Shown here: in pieces, positions 8,202 to 19,100 of the stretch
Position numbering within the stretch: position 1 is the stretch's first letter
Layout of the letters: each line of letters begins with the position of its first letter
Assembly (NCBI GenBank): GCA_964616425.1
Contig: CAZTQY010000001.1
Coordinates: 23,008 to 87,007, forward strand
Length of the DNA stretch: 64,000 nt
Direction of reading: 5' to 3'
Source: an uncultured Candidatus Saccharibacteria bacterium
GTDB taxonomy: Bacteria > Patescibacteriota > Minisyncoccia > Phycocordibacterales > DATDWN01
Made by a program: the position numbers and the translations under genes
The notes under the pieces: generated by a model
What the model was told of the DNA's origin: nothing
The model's database searches: none
Seen by the model: the letters and a program-made list of their open reading frames with translations, nothing else

Positions 8202-9653
8202 TTACTTATCTAGTGCAAACGTCTCATCTATTCTTATCTGTTTAACAAACTCCGGCACATGAGATACAAGTATCATAGCACCTTCATATTTATCTAACGC
8301 TTCTGCAATAACAGGTATGTGTCGAAAGTTAATATGGTTTGTTGGTTCATCTAGTATCAAAAGTCCGGGCTTTTGCAAAACAAGTCTAGCAAATGCAACT
8401 AAACCTTTTTGCCCCTCAGAAAGATCACCAATTTTTGTATTAATCAGTTCACCGCTGATCAAAAAACCCGCAGCAGTTGATCGAAGTCTTTCTTCTAACT
8501 GCTCATCCATAACCTGCATTAGAGATTCACGGACGGTATGATCAAAATTTAGAGTTGAAAAGTCTTGTCTATAGTAACCAACTTTAATTCCTGGAGATAT
8601 AGTAGCGCCCTTTGCAGTTCCAGAAGCGAGCGCTTCCAAAAGAGTACTCTTTCCTATTCCATTTGGTCCAGTTAAAAGTAGATGTTCTTTTTTTCTTAAA
8701 ACGATATTACACTTCCTTGCTACAGGTTTGTGATTTTTTATCATACTAAATGAAGTAATATTTATTATTTCTCCATTAATATCTTTTTGGCACGGAATAA
8801 CAAAAGGTCGTATTGTTTTATCTTCTTTTCTTACATCGACTTTTTCTTCTTCTAGTTCCTCAGCTTTTTCTCTCATCCTTCTAGCCACAAGTCTCATCTG
8901 TCCTCCTTTATTCGCAAAAAAGTTAGCCTTGTCTTTATTTTCTTGTATCTCCTTTGCCAACTGAGCATTTTTTCTATTTTCTTTCTCTATTCTGGCCGAT
9001 ATTTCCGCTACTACATCGTAGTAATTTCCAACATATTGTTCGATTTTTCTTGTGTTAACATCGAGATATAAAACTCCATGAGTAAACGCATTTAGGAATT
9101 CTGCATCATGAGAAATAACTAAACATGTTTTTTTGTATTCTATTAGAAACTTTGTAAGGTGTTCGATTCCATCTTTATCCAAATTATTTGTTGGCTCGTC
9201 TAAAAGTAAAATATCCGGATCTTGAATTAGTGCCGAGGCAAGTAGTAATCTTGCCTGTTGACCACCTGAAAAAGATTTTACTATCCTATCTACTGGTGCA
9301 TTCAAATTAACAACATCTAATACTTTTTTGATTTTAGGATCTATATCATAAACCTTAGTTTTAAAACAATTCTGAAAGAAATCATGAACGTTCATCTCCA
9401 ACTCATTTCTAGGTATAACCTGTCGAGCAATAGCGATGCTCATCTTTTCATTTATAAAAATTTTTCCGGCCTCTGGTTTATGCGTCCGAGTAATAAGACC
9501 AAACAATGTACTTTTACCAGCACCGTTTTGACCCATGATTGTTATTTTTGTCCCAGCGCGCACGTTAAAAGACACCTCATCTAAAATAGGTTTTTTTATA
9601 CCGAAATCAAAAGAAACTTCCTCAAAACGAATTATTGATTCTCCAGAAGACAT
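8202..9653 (-). CDS. ABC-F family ATPase (two tandem ABC domains, no TMD)
   Basis: Two Walker A motifs (GQNGAGKST, GPNGIGKST) and two ABC signatures (LSGGQQARLLLA, LSEGQKGLVAFA), with an inter-domain linker. Confidence 0.85.
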   Translation of the reverse strand: MSSGESIIRFEEVSFDFGIKKPILDEVSFNVRAGTKITIMGQNGAGKSTLFGLITRTHKPEAGKIFINEKMSIAIARQVIPRNELEMNVHDFFQNCFKTKVYDIDPKIKKVLDVVNLNAPVDRIVKSFSGGQQARLLLASALIQDPDILLLDEPTNNLDKDGIEHLTKFLIEYKKTCLVISHDAEFLNAFTHGVLYLDVNTRKIEQYVGNYYDVVAEISARIEKENRKNAQLAKEIQENKDKANFFANKGGQMRLVARRMREKAEELEEEKVDVRKEDKTIRPFVIPCQKDINGEIINITSFSMIKNHKPVARKCNIVLRKKEHLLLTGPNGIGKSTLLEALASGTAKGATISPGIKVGYYRQDFSTLNFDHTVRESLMQVMDEQLEERLRSTAAGFLISGELINTKIGDLSEGQKGLVAFARLVLQKPGLLILDEPTNHINFRHIPVIAEALDKYEGAMILVSHVPEFVKQIRIDETFALDK

Positions 9654-9687
9654 AGATTATCACTGTACAGTAGTTGGAGACAAAAAT

Positions 9688-10737
9688 CTATAGAGACTTT
9701 GAGTTCAAAATAAGATCTTGATATATATCGATAAGAGTAAAAAACAAAGCAACAAGTAGTGGCCCAAATATAAATCCAATAGGGCCAAAAAATGCTAGCC
9801 CCCCCAATACTGCAAACAACATAATTAATTGATGTATTTCAATATTTCTAGAATATAGATACGGCGACAAGAGATTATCAACTAGACTAACGCCCAAAAC
9901 CCACCAAACAATAAGACCCAATGTATGTGGAATATTTCCAGAAATATAACTATAGATTATAGCTGGAACAAAAGTAATAGTAGTACCTAAACCAGGCACA
10001 AGCGATGCCACAGCAGATACACTACCCCATAATGTTGGGTTTGGTATACCAAACAACCACATACCTAAACCAGATAGTGCTCCCTGTATAATAGCTATCA
10101 AAACAATACTAATTACTGTTGCATCAACTGTTTGCTTTAATTTTACTGAAATTTTCTCATCATATTTGTCACCAAGCGGACTGAGACCAATCAAAATCTT
10201 TTTAAACTTTTCGCCATCTCGCAAGAAAAAGAACAAAGAGAAAAATATAAGAAGAATGTCTATCAAAATATTAAAGACTGACGAAATTATTGCAGTCAAA
10301 TGACTAGTGATCCAATCTGCTCCGACAGAAGCTATTGCACTAATATCTACTGAAAAATCAGGCGAGAACTTTTGGATTGGTTTTTCTATAGAATCAGAAA
10401 TTTTTTGAATGTAATCTATTTCTGAATGATTTGATAATTGTGAATATATATTTTTTGATTCATCTAAAAGTTTAAATGTTAGGAAAATCGAAGGAATTAG
10501 AATTACCACCAAAAATGAGACAACTAAGATAAATGCTGAAAGGCCATTTCTTCCACCAAGTCTTCTGGTTAACCGTTTTTGCAATGGAGACAAAACAATA
10601 GAAAATATCGCAGAAAGAACTATAACCTCTATAAATGGCAGAAATACAAAAAACACCAACACTGATATAACAAATAGTAAACCTATAAAAAAATACTTCT
10701 GTAAGACATCTCTATCCATCGTCAAATTATACCACAA
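9688..10737 (-). CDS. AI-2E family transporter (UPF0118/PerM-like)
   Basis: Eight-TM profile with family-typical topology and conserved GxxxG/P segments. Confidence 0.6.
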   Translation of the reverse strand: MWYNLTMDRDVLQKYFFIGLLFVISVLVFFVFLPFIEVIVLSAIFSIVLSPLQKRLTRRLGGRNGLSAFILVVSFLVVILIPSIFLTFKLLDESKNIYSQLSNHSEIDYIQKISDSIEKPIQKFSPDFSVDISAIASVGADWITSHLTAIISSVFNILIDILLIFFSLFFFLRDGEKFKKILIGLSPLGDKYDEKISVKLKQTVDATVISIVLIAIIQGALSGLGMWLFGIPNPTLWGSVSAVASLVPGLGTTITFVPAIIYSYISGNIPHTLGLIVWWVLGVSLVDNLLSPYLYSRNIEIHQLIMLFAVLGGLAFFGPIGFIFGPLLVALFFTLIDIYQDLILNSKSL

Positions 10738-10821
10738 CTAATATGAAATTTTAATTTATTTACAAAAAAAGTTATCAACAACAAACATTGATAAACATTA
10801 ATAGACTGCTATTATAGATAT

Positions 10822-11070
10822 ATGGCAAATCTTTTTATAACAATCAAACAAGCTTCAAAAATACTAGGAGTTTCCCCTCTCACACTTCGTAATTGGGACA
10901 ATAATGGAAAGCTAAAAGCTCATAGGCACCCAATGAACAATTATCGTGTTTATAAAATAGAAGACTTAGAAACAGTAATACGTGACATTGAAGCAGGAAC
11001 AGGCAGAAGAATCAGCACAAAGCAGGAGATAAAAAAACTTATAGTGAAGCACTTAAGAGATGATGAGTAA
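10822..11070 (+). CDS. MerR-family / excisionase-like HTH DNA-binding protein
   Basis: ITIKQASKILGVSPLTLRNWDNNGKL is a MerR-type HTH. Confidence 0.6.
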   Translation: MANLFITIKQASKILGVSPLTLRNWDNNGKLKAHRHPMNNYRVYKIEDLETVIRDIEAGTGRRISTKQEIKKLIVKHLRDDE

Positions 11071-11083
11071 ATTTTTTGAGATT

Positions 11084-11467
11084 TTATTTGTTCTCTTCCA
11101 AATCTAGACACACGGAATTCAGACAGTAACGCATTCCCGTATCAGTTGGACCATCATTAAACACATGACCCAAATGTGAACCGCACTTTGAACAAACAAC
11201 TTCCGTTCTTTGCATTCCTTGCGTATCATCTGTTATCTCTTTAACAGCACCTGGTAGAGCCTGATCAAATGAAGGCCAACCTGTTCCAGAGTCAAACTTC
11301 GCTTCTGAAGAGAACAGGTTCTGCCCACAAACTTTACATTTATACATACCATCTCTATCGTCATGTAAAAGTTTTCCAGAAAATGGAGCTTCTGTCCCCT
11401 TTTGCCTCAATACAGCATACTCCTCTGCTGTTAACTTTGTCTTTAATTCATCTTCGTTAATATTCAT
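11084..11467 (-). CDS. msrB: Peptide-methionine (R)-S-oxide reductase
   Basis: SelR domain with two CxxC zinc motifs (CKVCGQ, CSKCGSH), GWPSF, and the catalytic region RYCLNS. Confidence 0.9.
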   Translation of the reverse strand: MNINEDELKTKLTAEEYAVLRQKGTEAPFSGKLLHDDRDGMYKCKVCGQNLFSSEAKFDSGTGWPSFDQALPGAVKEITDDTQGMQRTEVVCSKCGSHLGHVFNDGPTDTGMRYCLNSVCLDLEENK

Positions 11468-14400
11468 TTATTTGTTATTTATTTTATTAATTTCTGATCT
11501 TGTTTTTGGACCCAACAATCCATATCCTGTAGTCGCAGGCGTACCGTTACATACTATCCCATTATCACATTGGAATTTTTGTATAGCCTTTTGTGTGAGA
11601 GAGCCAAACAAATTTGTTTCATTACCAGGTGAACCTGGGCCAGATTTAGCTAAAATATAACCATGATTGTTCAAAAACACTTGAAGAAGTTTTACATCAT
11701 CCCCTCTACTATTTAACGATAACTTTTTTTTGAATATTATAATTTCAGTTGACGTTGTGACAGGAATATTATTATTTATTTTAAAGACATATGGTTGGAC
11801 ATTGACCTTACCAAATAAATCTGGCTGACCGTTACTTATTTGCATATTTGATTGGACAACAACAGGTAATGCTTCTGTTGTAAAAAGATACAATGCACTA
11901 GTAGATGAATTTCCTGCATTATCATACACACTCACTGAGTATGAATACCCTACAGCCGGAGATAGACTCGAATCAATCCATGAAGTTGAAGTTGTAGCCC
12001 CAGAATCTGTAGATAATGTTGTATTTTGAAATAAATAAGTTGCAATATCAGATAGAGCATCCACACTTCCAGATATAGAAATAGTTATTGAACTGGTTGT
12101 TATATCCGAAGAAGAAACAGAACCTGGAGTTGGAGGTACAGTATCTACTTTAAAAGCAACGCCTCCACTGTTAGCTGTAGAATACCCTGATTCACCAGCA
12201 TAATTATCTATTGCTTTTACCCTCCAGTAGTAAGCCGAACTATCTGAAATAGTTTGTCCAAAAGATCCAGTTGTATAATTCCCGCTACCAACAGCCTGAC
12301 CGACTGTAAATTCAAAAGATCCTTGAGAATCAAGTTCCGAAGTGTAATCTACTACAGGTGACGAGAAATCTGATGAATCATCTATTTGAATCTGATATTT
12401 TACCGTATCGCTCACATCTGTATCAGATAGAGTAAAGTTAAAAGTTGGAGTATTGTCAGTTCCCCAAGCACCATCCGTTACAGAACCTGAAGTGATTGAT
12501 GGTGATGAAGGATTGTTATTACATGCTAAAAATGTCCACGCGTTATTTGATGTATTAGTTGAGCTTCTTGTGGTCATACTACCAGCCATATTTGATATAG
12601 ATAAGTCATACAATGTAAAAGTACCAACACCAGACCATGTTCTTTGAGTTGGTGATGCAGATGAATTTATAACTATAGCGTCAACACCTCCACAAGAAGA
12701 ACCACTACCATCAAGACTGATAGACCCTGAGTTTGTAACATCTCCACCCAGAGTAATATCCCCAGTACCAGTATTTGACCACGTACCAAAAGCGGAAACC
12801 GTTGTTGCTCCTCCAATCGTTAAGTTAAATGTTGCCCCTTGGTCAAAAGTTCCAGAAGCAACCTCAAGTGTATTCCCGAGAACAATATTGCTAGCCATAG
12901 TTACACTATTTCCAACTGATTTATTTACTTTTAATTTTGCGCCAATAGTTGTATTTGATGATATTGTCTTATCTACAGCACCATTCATTTCAAGAGTAAG
13001 GTTTGCTCCACCAAATGTTGAACTTGTGTTTGAATTGTTTTGTAAAACATTCCCACCAATAGTCCATACATACGCACTGGCTGGATTTGGAATACTGCCA
13101 CCCGTAATTGTTAAATTGCCAGCAATTGCACAGTTGCCAGTAGGTGTCAGGGTTCTATCAATATATAATTTATTTATTGATAGTGAGGCAAAAGTTGCAG
13201 CTCCACAATTAATTGACCCTGAATTTCCACTTTGCAATGTTAGAGCAGTATTGTTTGGAATTGTCCCACTTGTATAAAGAAAACTTTCTTCGGCTATCAT
13301 AGTTGGGTTTACATTCATTGTAAGAGTTCCAGTGTTAGTAAATGATCCTCCACAACAATTACCTACCATTACGTCCAATTCAGAAAGGCTTGTGGTAATC
13401 GTTCCAGAGTTTGAAAGATCACCATTAATTGTCCATGTTCCAGTTCCTACATTTAATGTACCCCCATTATAAATGGTACCAGTAGAAGTTGGATCGTTTC
13501 CTAGAGGTAAAGAATTATTTCCACAACTTGAAGCGATAGAAATATACCTATCGGACCAAGTCTTGTTTACTATAAATGATGCAAATGAATAACTACCGCA
13601 AGTAATTGTTCCTCCACTACTTGAGTCTTGTGCATACAATGTTATACCGCTAGGTTGAGTTCCACTAGTAAAATTAAGACCGGCACTTACACGGATAATT
13701 GGACTACTACCCATAGTAAGAGTTCCATTGTTTGTAAAAGACCCTCCACCATTTGGTTCTGCAAAATACAATTCAGTTAAACTAGTAGTTACCGTTCCAT
13801 TGTTCGTCAGATTACCATTCAAGTTAAGTGCACCTGTTCCCAAAGTTATAGTTCCATTGTTTGTAATAGTTCCAACCCATGTTGGACTGTTACCGCCCTG
13901 AATATTACAATTTGAACCAATTGTAATAGTTCTATCTGCAAATTGCATACTGAGTGTCACACTTGAAAATGTTACATTGTTACAACTCAAGATAGAACCA
14001 CCAGAGCCTGAAAATGTTATTGAACCTGAATTCGCATTAAATGTAGGTGAACCAGATACAGTAAAACTACTTTGCACTGTTAATGTTCCACTCGTTGACC
14101 TAAATGTGCCACCTGTAAGTGAAAAAGTACTACTTACAGAAATGGCTTGTGATGCACCATTAAACGTACCCGCTGCTTGGCTATATGCCCCACTAATAGT
14201 GAGGGCTCTTGCTTGAGTTATAGTCCCAGAATATCCTGATGAAATAGTCATGCCAGTGACTGTTCCCTGAAAACTTGAATCGAGTGTTGCATCTTTTGTT
14301 GATGTACCATCAAATACAACCGAGTCAGATGAAGTAGGAGTTGAATCAGCAGACCAGTTAGCAGCACATGACCATTTATTACCATCACCAGCGACTCCAC

Positions 14401-14545
14401 CGCATGTTCCATCTGAACCACCACCATCCCATGTTCGTACAGCAGCAAAAGTATTATTTGGAATAGCCAAAAAGATTAAAAATAACAAAAAAATACTACC
14501 AATTAATGTAATCTTATATTTTTTTGATTTCATTAATCTAATCAT
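11468..14545 (-). CDS. Large secreted surface protein (1025 aa): Ser/Thr/Gly/Asn-rich beta-helix-like repeats, FN3-like module, C-terminal peptidoglycan-binding domain
   Basis: Signal peptide/TM at the N-terminus. Degenerate GTxTNxGT repeats. FN3-like module (YYWRVKAIDNYAGESGYS) at about nt 12136-12415. C-terminal PG_binding_1-like region LLQVFLNNHGYILAKSG...GSLTQKAIQKFQ. Confidence 0.7.
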   Translation of the reverse strand: MIRLMKSKKYKITLIGSIFLLFLIFLAIPNNTFAAVRTWDGGGSDGTCGGVAGDGNKWSCAANWSADSTPTSSDSVVFDGTSTKDATLDSSFQGTVTGMTISSGYSGTITQARALTISGAYSQAAGTFNGASQAISVSSTFSLTGGTFRSTSGTLTVQSSFTVSGSPTFNANSGSITFSGSGGSILSCNNVTFSSVTLSMQFADRTITIGSNCNIQGGNSPTWVGTITNNGTITLGTGALNLNGNLTNNGTVTTSLTELYFAEPNGGGSFTNNGTLTMGSSPIIRVSAGLNFTSGTQPSGITLYAQDSSSGGTITCGSYSFASFIVNKTWSDRYISIASSCGNNSLPLGNDPTSTGTIYNGGTLNVGTGTWTINGDLSNSGTITTSLSELDVMVGNCCGGSFTNTGTLTMNVNPTMIAEESFLYTSGTIPNNTALTLQSGNSGSINCGAATFASLSINKLYIDRTLTPTGNCAIAGNLTITGGSIPNPASAYVWTIGGNVLQNNSNTSSTFGGANLTLEMNGAVDKTISSNTTIGAKLKVNKSVGNSVTMASNIVLGNTLEVASGTFDQGATFNLTIGGATTVSAFGTWSNTGTGDITLGGDVTNSGSISLDGSGSSCGGVDAIVINSSASPTQRTWSGVGTFTLYDLSISNMAGSMTTRSSTNTSNNAWTFLACNNNPSSPSITSGSVTDGAWGTDNTPTFNFTLSDTDVSDTVKYQIQIDDSSDFSSPVVDYTSELDSQGSFEFTVGQAVGSGNYTTGSFGQTISDSSAYYWRVKAIDNYAGESGYSTANSGGVAFKVDTVPPTPGSVSSSDITTSSITISISGSVDALSDIATYLFQNTTLSTDSGATTSTSWIDSSLSPAVGYSYSVSVYDNAGNSSTSALYLFTTEALPVVVQSNMQISNGQPDLFGKVNVQPYVFKINNNIPVTTSTEIIIFKKKLSLNSRGDDVKLLQVFLNNHGYILAKSGPGSPGNETNLFGSLTQKAIQKFQCDNGIVCNGTPATTGYGLLGPKTRSEINKINNK

Positions 14546-14546
14546 A

Positions 14547-16175
14547 TCAATTATTCTTTACAAGACTACTTCCCGTCATCTCTTTGGGCTGTTCTATTCC
14601 CATTAATTTTAAAACTGTTGGAGCCACATCTATTAATGATCCAGTTGTAGGTTCTTCAAATAAATTACTTAAATTTTTATCACTCACCTCTTGAAGTGAA
14701 TCTGTAATAAAAACTATTGGAACATTTGCAGTAGAATGTTGAGTGTCACTATTTTTTGTAGATGGGTCAATCATTTCTTCTATATTTCCGTGATCAGCTG
14801 TAACTATAACAATATCCTTTGATAGATCGTGTGCAAGAACTACTTGTTTTAAAGATTCATCTACTTTTGCAAGAGCTTGCTCAGCTGCTTCTATACTTCC
14901 TGAATGAGCAACCATATCTGTATTTGCAAAATTTACTATAACAAAACGACAGGAACTATTTACGCTTTCCAATACAACTTTTACTATTTCGTCAGCCGCC
15001 ATTTCAGGATGAACAGTATAATCTTCACCATTTAAAACACGTGAAGGGACTATCTTTCTTTCTTCACCAATATATGGAACTAACCTTCCACCATTAAAAA
15101 AGTTTGTAACATGAGCTTCCTTTTCACTTTCTGCTACACGAAGCTGTTTAATATTTTTATTACTAAATATTTCTCCCAAAGTGTTATCTATAATTGTAGG
15201 TGGGTATGCTACCAGTACTTTAAATAAATTACTGTACTCAGCCATTGTTACTACTGATAAATTCAAATATGCATTACCCCTATCAAAACTCGTAAAATCT
15301 TCTGAAACAAAAGTAGAAACAAGCTCTTTCATTCTGTCGTTACGAAAGTTAAAGAAAACCACACCATCACCGTCATTTATCTTTGCCGTATTACCCAATG
15401 AATCTGAAATAGAAATAGGGACAATGTCAGCATCAAAAATGCCTTGGCTATGCGATTTCTTTATGTAATCGATTGGTTCTCCATCCCATTTTTCACTTTT
15501 CCCAGCCATAGCAGCCCAAGACTTCTCTATTAGACTCCAGTTGCCCACCCTATCCATTGCATAATTCCTACCACTTATAGATGCTATCTTTGCACCAGTC
15601 TCAAGCAAAACTAAATTTAGTTTTTCCATACTACTTATTGAAGATTCCCTACCAGAATCCTCACCATCCGTTATGACATGGACATGTACTGATTTAAAAT
15701 TATACTTGTGAAAAAATCTAAGTAATGCAAAAAGATGATCCTCGTGTGAATGAATTCCTCCAGTGCTTAAGCAACCTATTATATGAATATTTGTTTTATT
15801 ATCCTTTGTGTGATTTAAAACTTTTAAAAAAGCTAGATTTTTGAAAAATTCCCCATTATCTATTTCACTATTTATTCGAGCTAAACTCTGTATTACAACT
15901 CTTCCTGTACCTATAGCTGAGTGACCCACTTCACTATTCCCATACTTTCCCCAATTAAGCCCAACAACGAGACCTGAAGCGGTTATACTTTGAGTCTTAT
16001 ATTTTGATAACAAACTATTTAAAAAAGGCATATTTTCCTCCCTCACTGGATTACCATAGCCTGGAGGTGCTATACCAAATCCATCCAAAACAATTAGAGT
16101 GACTTTATTTACCATATTTGCATTCCTTAAATTATAACTCAATTTCCTTACTAACCCAGCCTTCTTTTGCATCAA
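14547..16175 (-). CDS. gpmI: 2,3-bisphosphoglycerate-independent phosphoglycerate mutase
   Basis: LIVLDGFGIAPPG, NSEVGHSAIGTGRVV and VVTADHGNIEEM are iPGM metal-binding/catalytic motifs. Confidence 0.8.
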   Translation of the reverse strand: MMQKKAGLVRKLSYNLRNANMVNKVTLIVLDGFGIAPPGYGNPVREENMPFLNSLLSKYKTQSITASGLVVGLNWGKYGNSEVGHSAIGTGRVVIQSLARINSEIDNGEFFKNLAFLKVLNHTKDNKTNIHIIGCLSTGGIHSHEDHLFALLRFFHKYNFKSVHVHVITDGEDSGRESSISSMEKLNLVLLETGAKIASISGRNYAMDRVGNWSLIEKSWAAMAGKSEKWDGEPIDYIKKSHSQGIFDADIVPISISDSLGNTAKINDGDGVVFFNFRNDRMKELVSTFVSEDFTSFDRGNAYLNLSVVTMAEYSNLFKVLVAYPPTIIDNTLGEIFSNKNIKQLRVAESEKEAHVTNFFNGGRLVPYIGEERKIVPSRVLNGEDYTVHPEMAADEIVKVVLESVNSSCRFVIVNFANTDMVAHSGSIEAAEQALAKVDESLKQVVLAHDLSKDIVIVTADHGNIEEMIDPSTKNSDTQHSTANVPIVFITDSLQEVSDKNLSNLFEEPTTGSLIDVAPTVLKLMGIEQPKEMTGSSLVKNN

Positions 16176-19100
16176 TAGGCAAGCTAATTTGTCTCATTGG
16201 GTTAATATGAGCAGCTGTATATGCTTTGAGTATATGCTGACCTCTAGTAGATAGAATAAAATATCGGCCCTGCTCATCAGAAACAGTGAACTTTTCTCTC
16301 TGTCCATTAATATTGTGTAAAGCAATAAATGTAAATGGCAAAACATTCTTAGTTAGATTCTCCAAAGTTAATCCAAATGATTTAAGTTTAAAGCCTGAAA
16401 CTCTAAAAAGAGCTGCGACCAAAATCAAAACAATAGGAAGTAGGCCGAGTAAATTAGGATGTGTTGTATAATTTGTAATTCCAAATATAACTCCAACAAC
16501 AAATAATCCGTCAGAAAGTCTAGTCAATAGATTATTAAACCCAACTGATATTATTCCAAAATATGTTGGCCTTAAAACTTTATCTATACTTAATGGATCC
16601 ATTGGTACATCAAAGTTAACAGTAGTGTCTTGAACATTTATAGGTCCTCCTTGATAAATATTTTCATATAGAATCTTTTCGTTTGTTGTTGGTATTTCAA
16701 CAGATGGGAAGCTATAATTCTTTTGATAAACTTTTAACTGTATGAGAGCGTTACTACCGAGGGCAAACTGAGGTGAAACTAGGAAACCGTATCGTCCTTC
16801 AATATCAGTTACGGCAGACTCTAACTTTCTTGACTCACTATTAAGTAACTCAACCCTAGCAAATGGAATCGGTCTCTTTGTTATTGAGTCATAAACTGTG
16901 CCCCATGGTTTTGATTTTCTTTTTACTTTTATTAGCTGTGGTACAAAATAAAACAAATAAGAAGCGAACCCAGCAAATGGTACTGCCCCATTAGCAAAAG
17001 CTCTTGTAGACAAAGCCAGAGACGTCAGAAGTGGCACAGCAACAGCAACATTACCAACAGATTGAACATAAACATTATCTACCCTATCTGGTAGTGTTCC
17101 AATAAAGTCTTGCGTATCTGCCGAAGCATAATCATAATATGAGGTGTATATATCACTAAAATACTCTGATGGAGATTCATAACCGATACCAGATATGCCG
17201 TTTATTATACTTGAAATTATATCTTTTATTGTAGATGTGTTGTCTTGGTCATTATTTAAATCATTTGAGATAGTCTCACTCGGAGTTGACGGAGTATTTG
17301 TTTCTTCTTTTGTTACAGAAGGCAAAACAACCTCTTTGTAAACAATACAAGGGTTTCCATCTTTATCAGCAGAAACTACACCAGTATTAACTGATACAAC
17401 ATTAGAACCATCGTTGTTAGTTGAAGGTGAACTATCAGTTACATTTTCATTAGATGAATTTGACCCATCGTTTGTTACTGTATTTGTACTAGTAGATAAC
17501 TGCGTTGAAACCTGAATATTTTCTGTAGAGGTTCCAGACTGTTCAACTACTATTGGCGCAGGTGTTGGTACATTTTTAGGCTTATTTTTAAGAAAAGCTT
17601 TTCTGATTTTTCTTGCATTTCTAGCAATTTCCCTAGAAACCTTATACTGATCATTGGCATATTTAATTACAGCTTTATGATTTGGATCTTTTTTATTTAT
17701 GCTATTTATTACTAATTTTCTAAATTCTCTTGCATGCTTGATAGATGATACAAATATTGCGTTGACTTCTTTTATTGTAGCTCCATTATTTATACTGTAG
17801 TCAAATGAATCCACTGGCAAAGCCACGACATTTTCCACTGGAGTTGCTTTATTAGCATTAGAACTAGATTTTGAACTTTGATTTTTTTCACTTGCATTAC
17901 TAGATGCAGCAGCGATATAAGCTCCTAGTACAGTAGGACACGGTGGAAGACTACTCAAATCAGCAGGATTTGGTGTAGTTGTAACCGTATTTGTTACTTC
18001 TACAGTTTCTGGTTGAGTAGTCTCTTCTGTTACTATCTCATTAACAGTAGTAGTTGAAGTTTTTGTATCAACCTCTGTTGTTATTTTTACATCAGATTTA
18101 ACTTCTACAGGAACTGGCTCTGGAACAGAAGAAGTCAAAACTGGTGGAGTTGGAGGAGGGTTACCAGATTGTATAGATGCAATAAATGGTGAAACATAAG
18201 GTGTATTTATCTGACCATATGATCCAACAATAGGTCCATTCGATGCATTCCCACTACTTGGAGTTGATGGAGTAGGTGTAGGAGTTGATGGAATTCCAAC
18301 TATGAAAGCAACGTCTCCACTATTGGCAGTAGAATACGCTGTACTTACCCCATTATTATCAGTAGCACGCACCCTCCAATAATATGAATCGTCAGAGAGA
18401 GTCTGACCTGAAGAACCGACAGTGTAAACGCCATTACCTTCTGACTGTCCTACAACAAAAGATATATCGTTCCAAGATCCCCACTCTGAAGTATAGTCAA
18501 CAACTGGTGATGAAAAATCAGACGAATTATCAATTTGCACTTGATATTTTGCCGGGAAAGAAAAGTTAAATGAAATTGTTGGAGTTGATTCTGCACCAGA
18601 AGATCCGTCTACTCTATTTGATGGACCGAGAGCTGTAATAGTTACTGGTAAAGTATTTAGCATCTTTACCAAAAAATTATCATCTATTCCATTTGTATCA
18701 GAAGCGACTAAACTCGTTCCCCCTGACATAAAATGAACATATTGACCATCAGGCGATATTCCTGAACCCCAACCTCCATCAGCAACACAGTCTGAATTGG
18801 CACTTGCAATCCTGGTTGTTGATGCTACCCTATCTCGAACGAAAATATCATAACCTGTTGCAGTAACATCTGTAACAACATCAGTGTCTTCAGATTCAAA
18901 TGTAATATATCGACCATCATAAGACATGTAGTTATCATAATATGAGTATCCATACGTGGATACAGGAGCTCCTCTATCATTTAAATCTACTTTTTCAGTG
19001 GTAGAATTATTCATGTCTCTCACATAAACATCCCAATTGGCATTGACATCACCTTCAACTAGATTTGTTGAATCTGATTCAAATGCAACTATCATTCCAT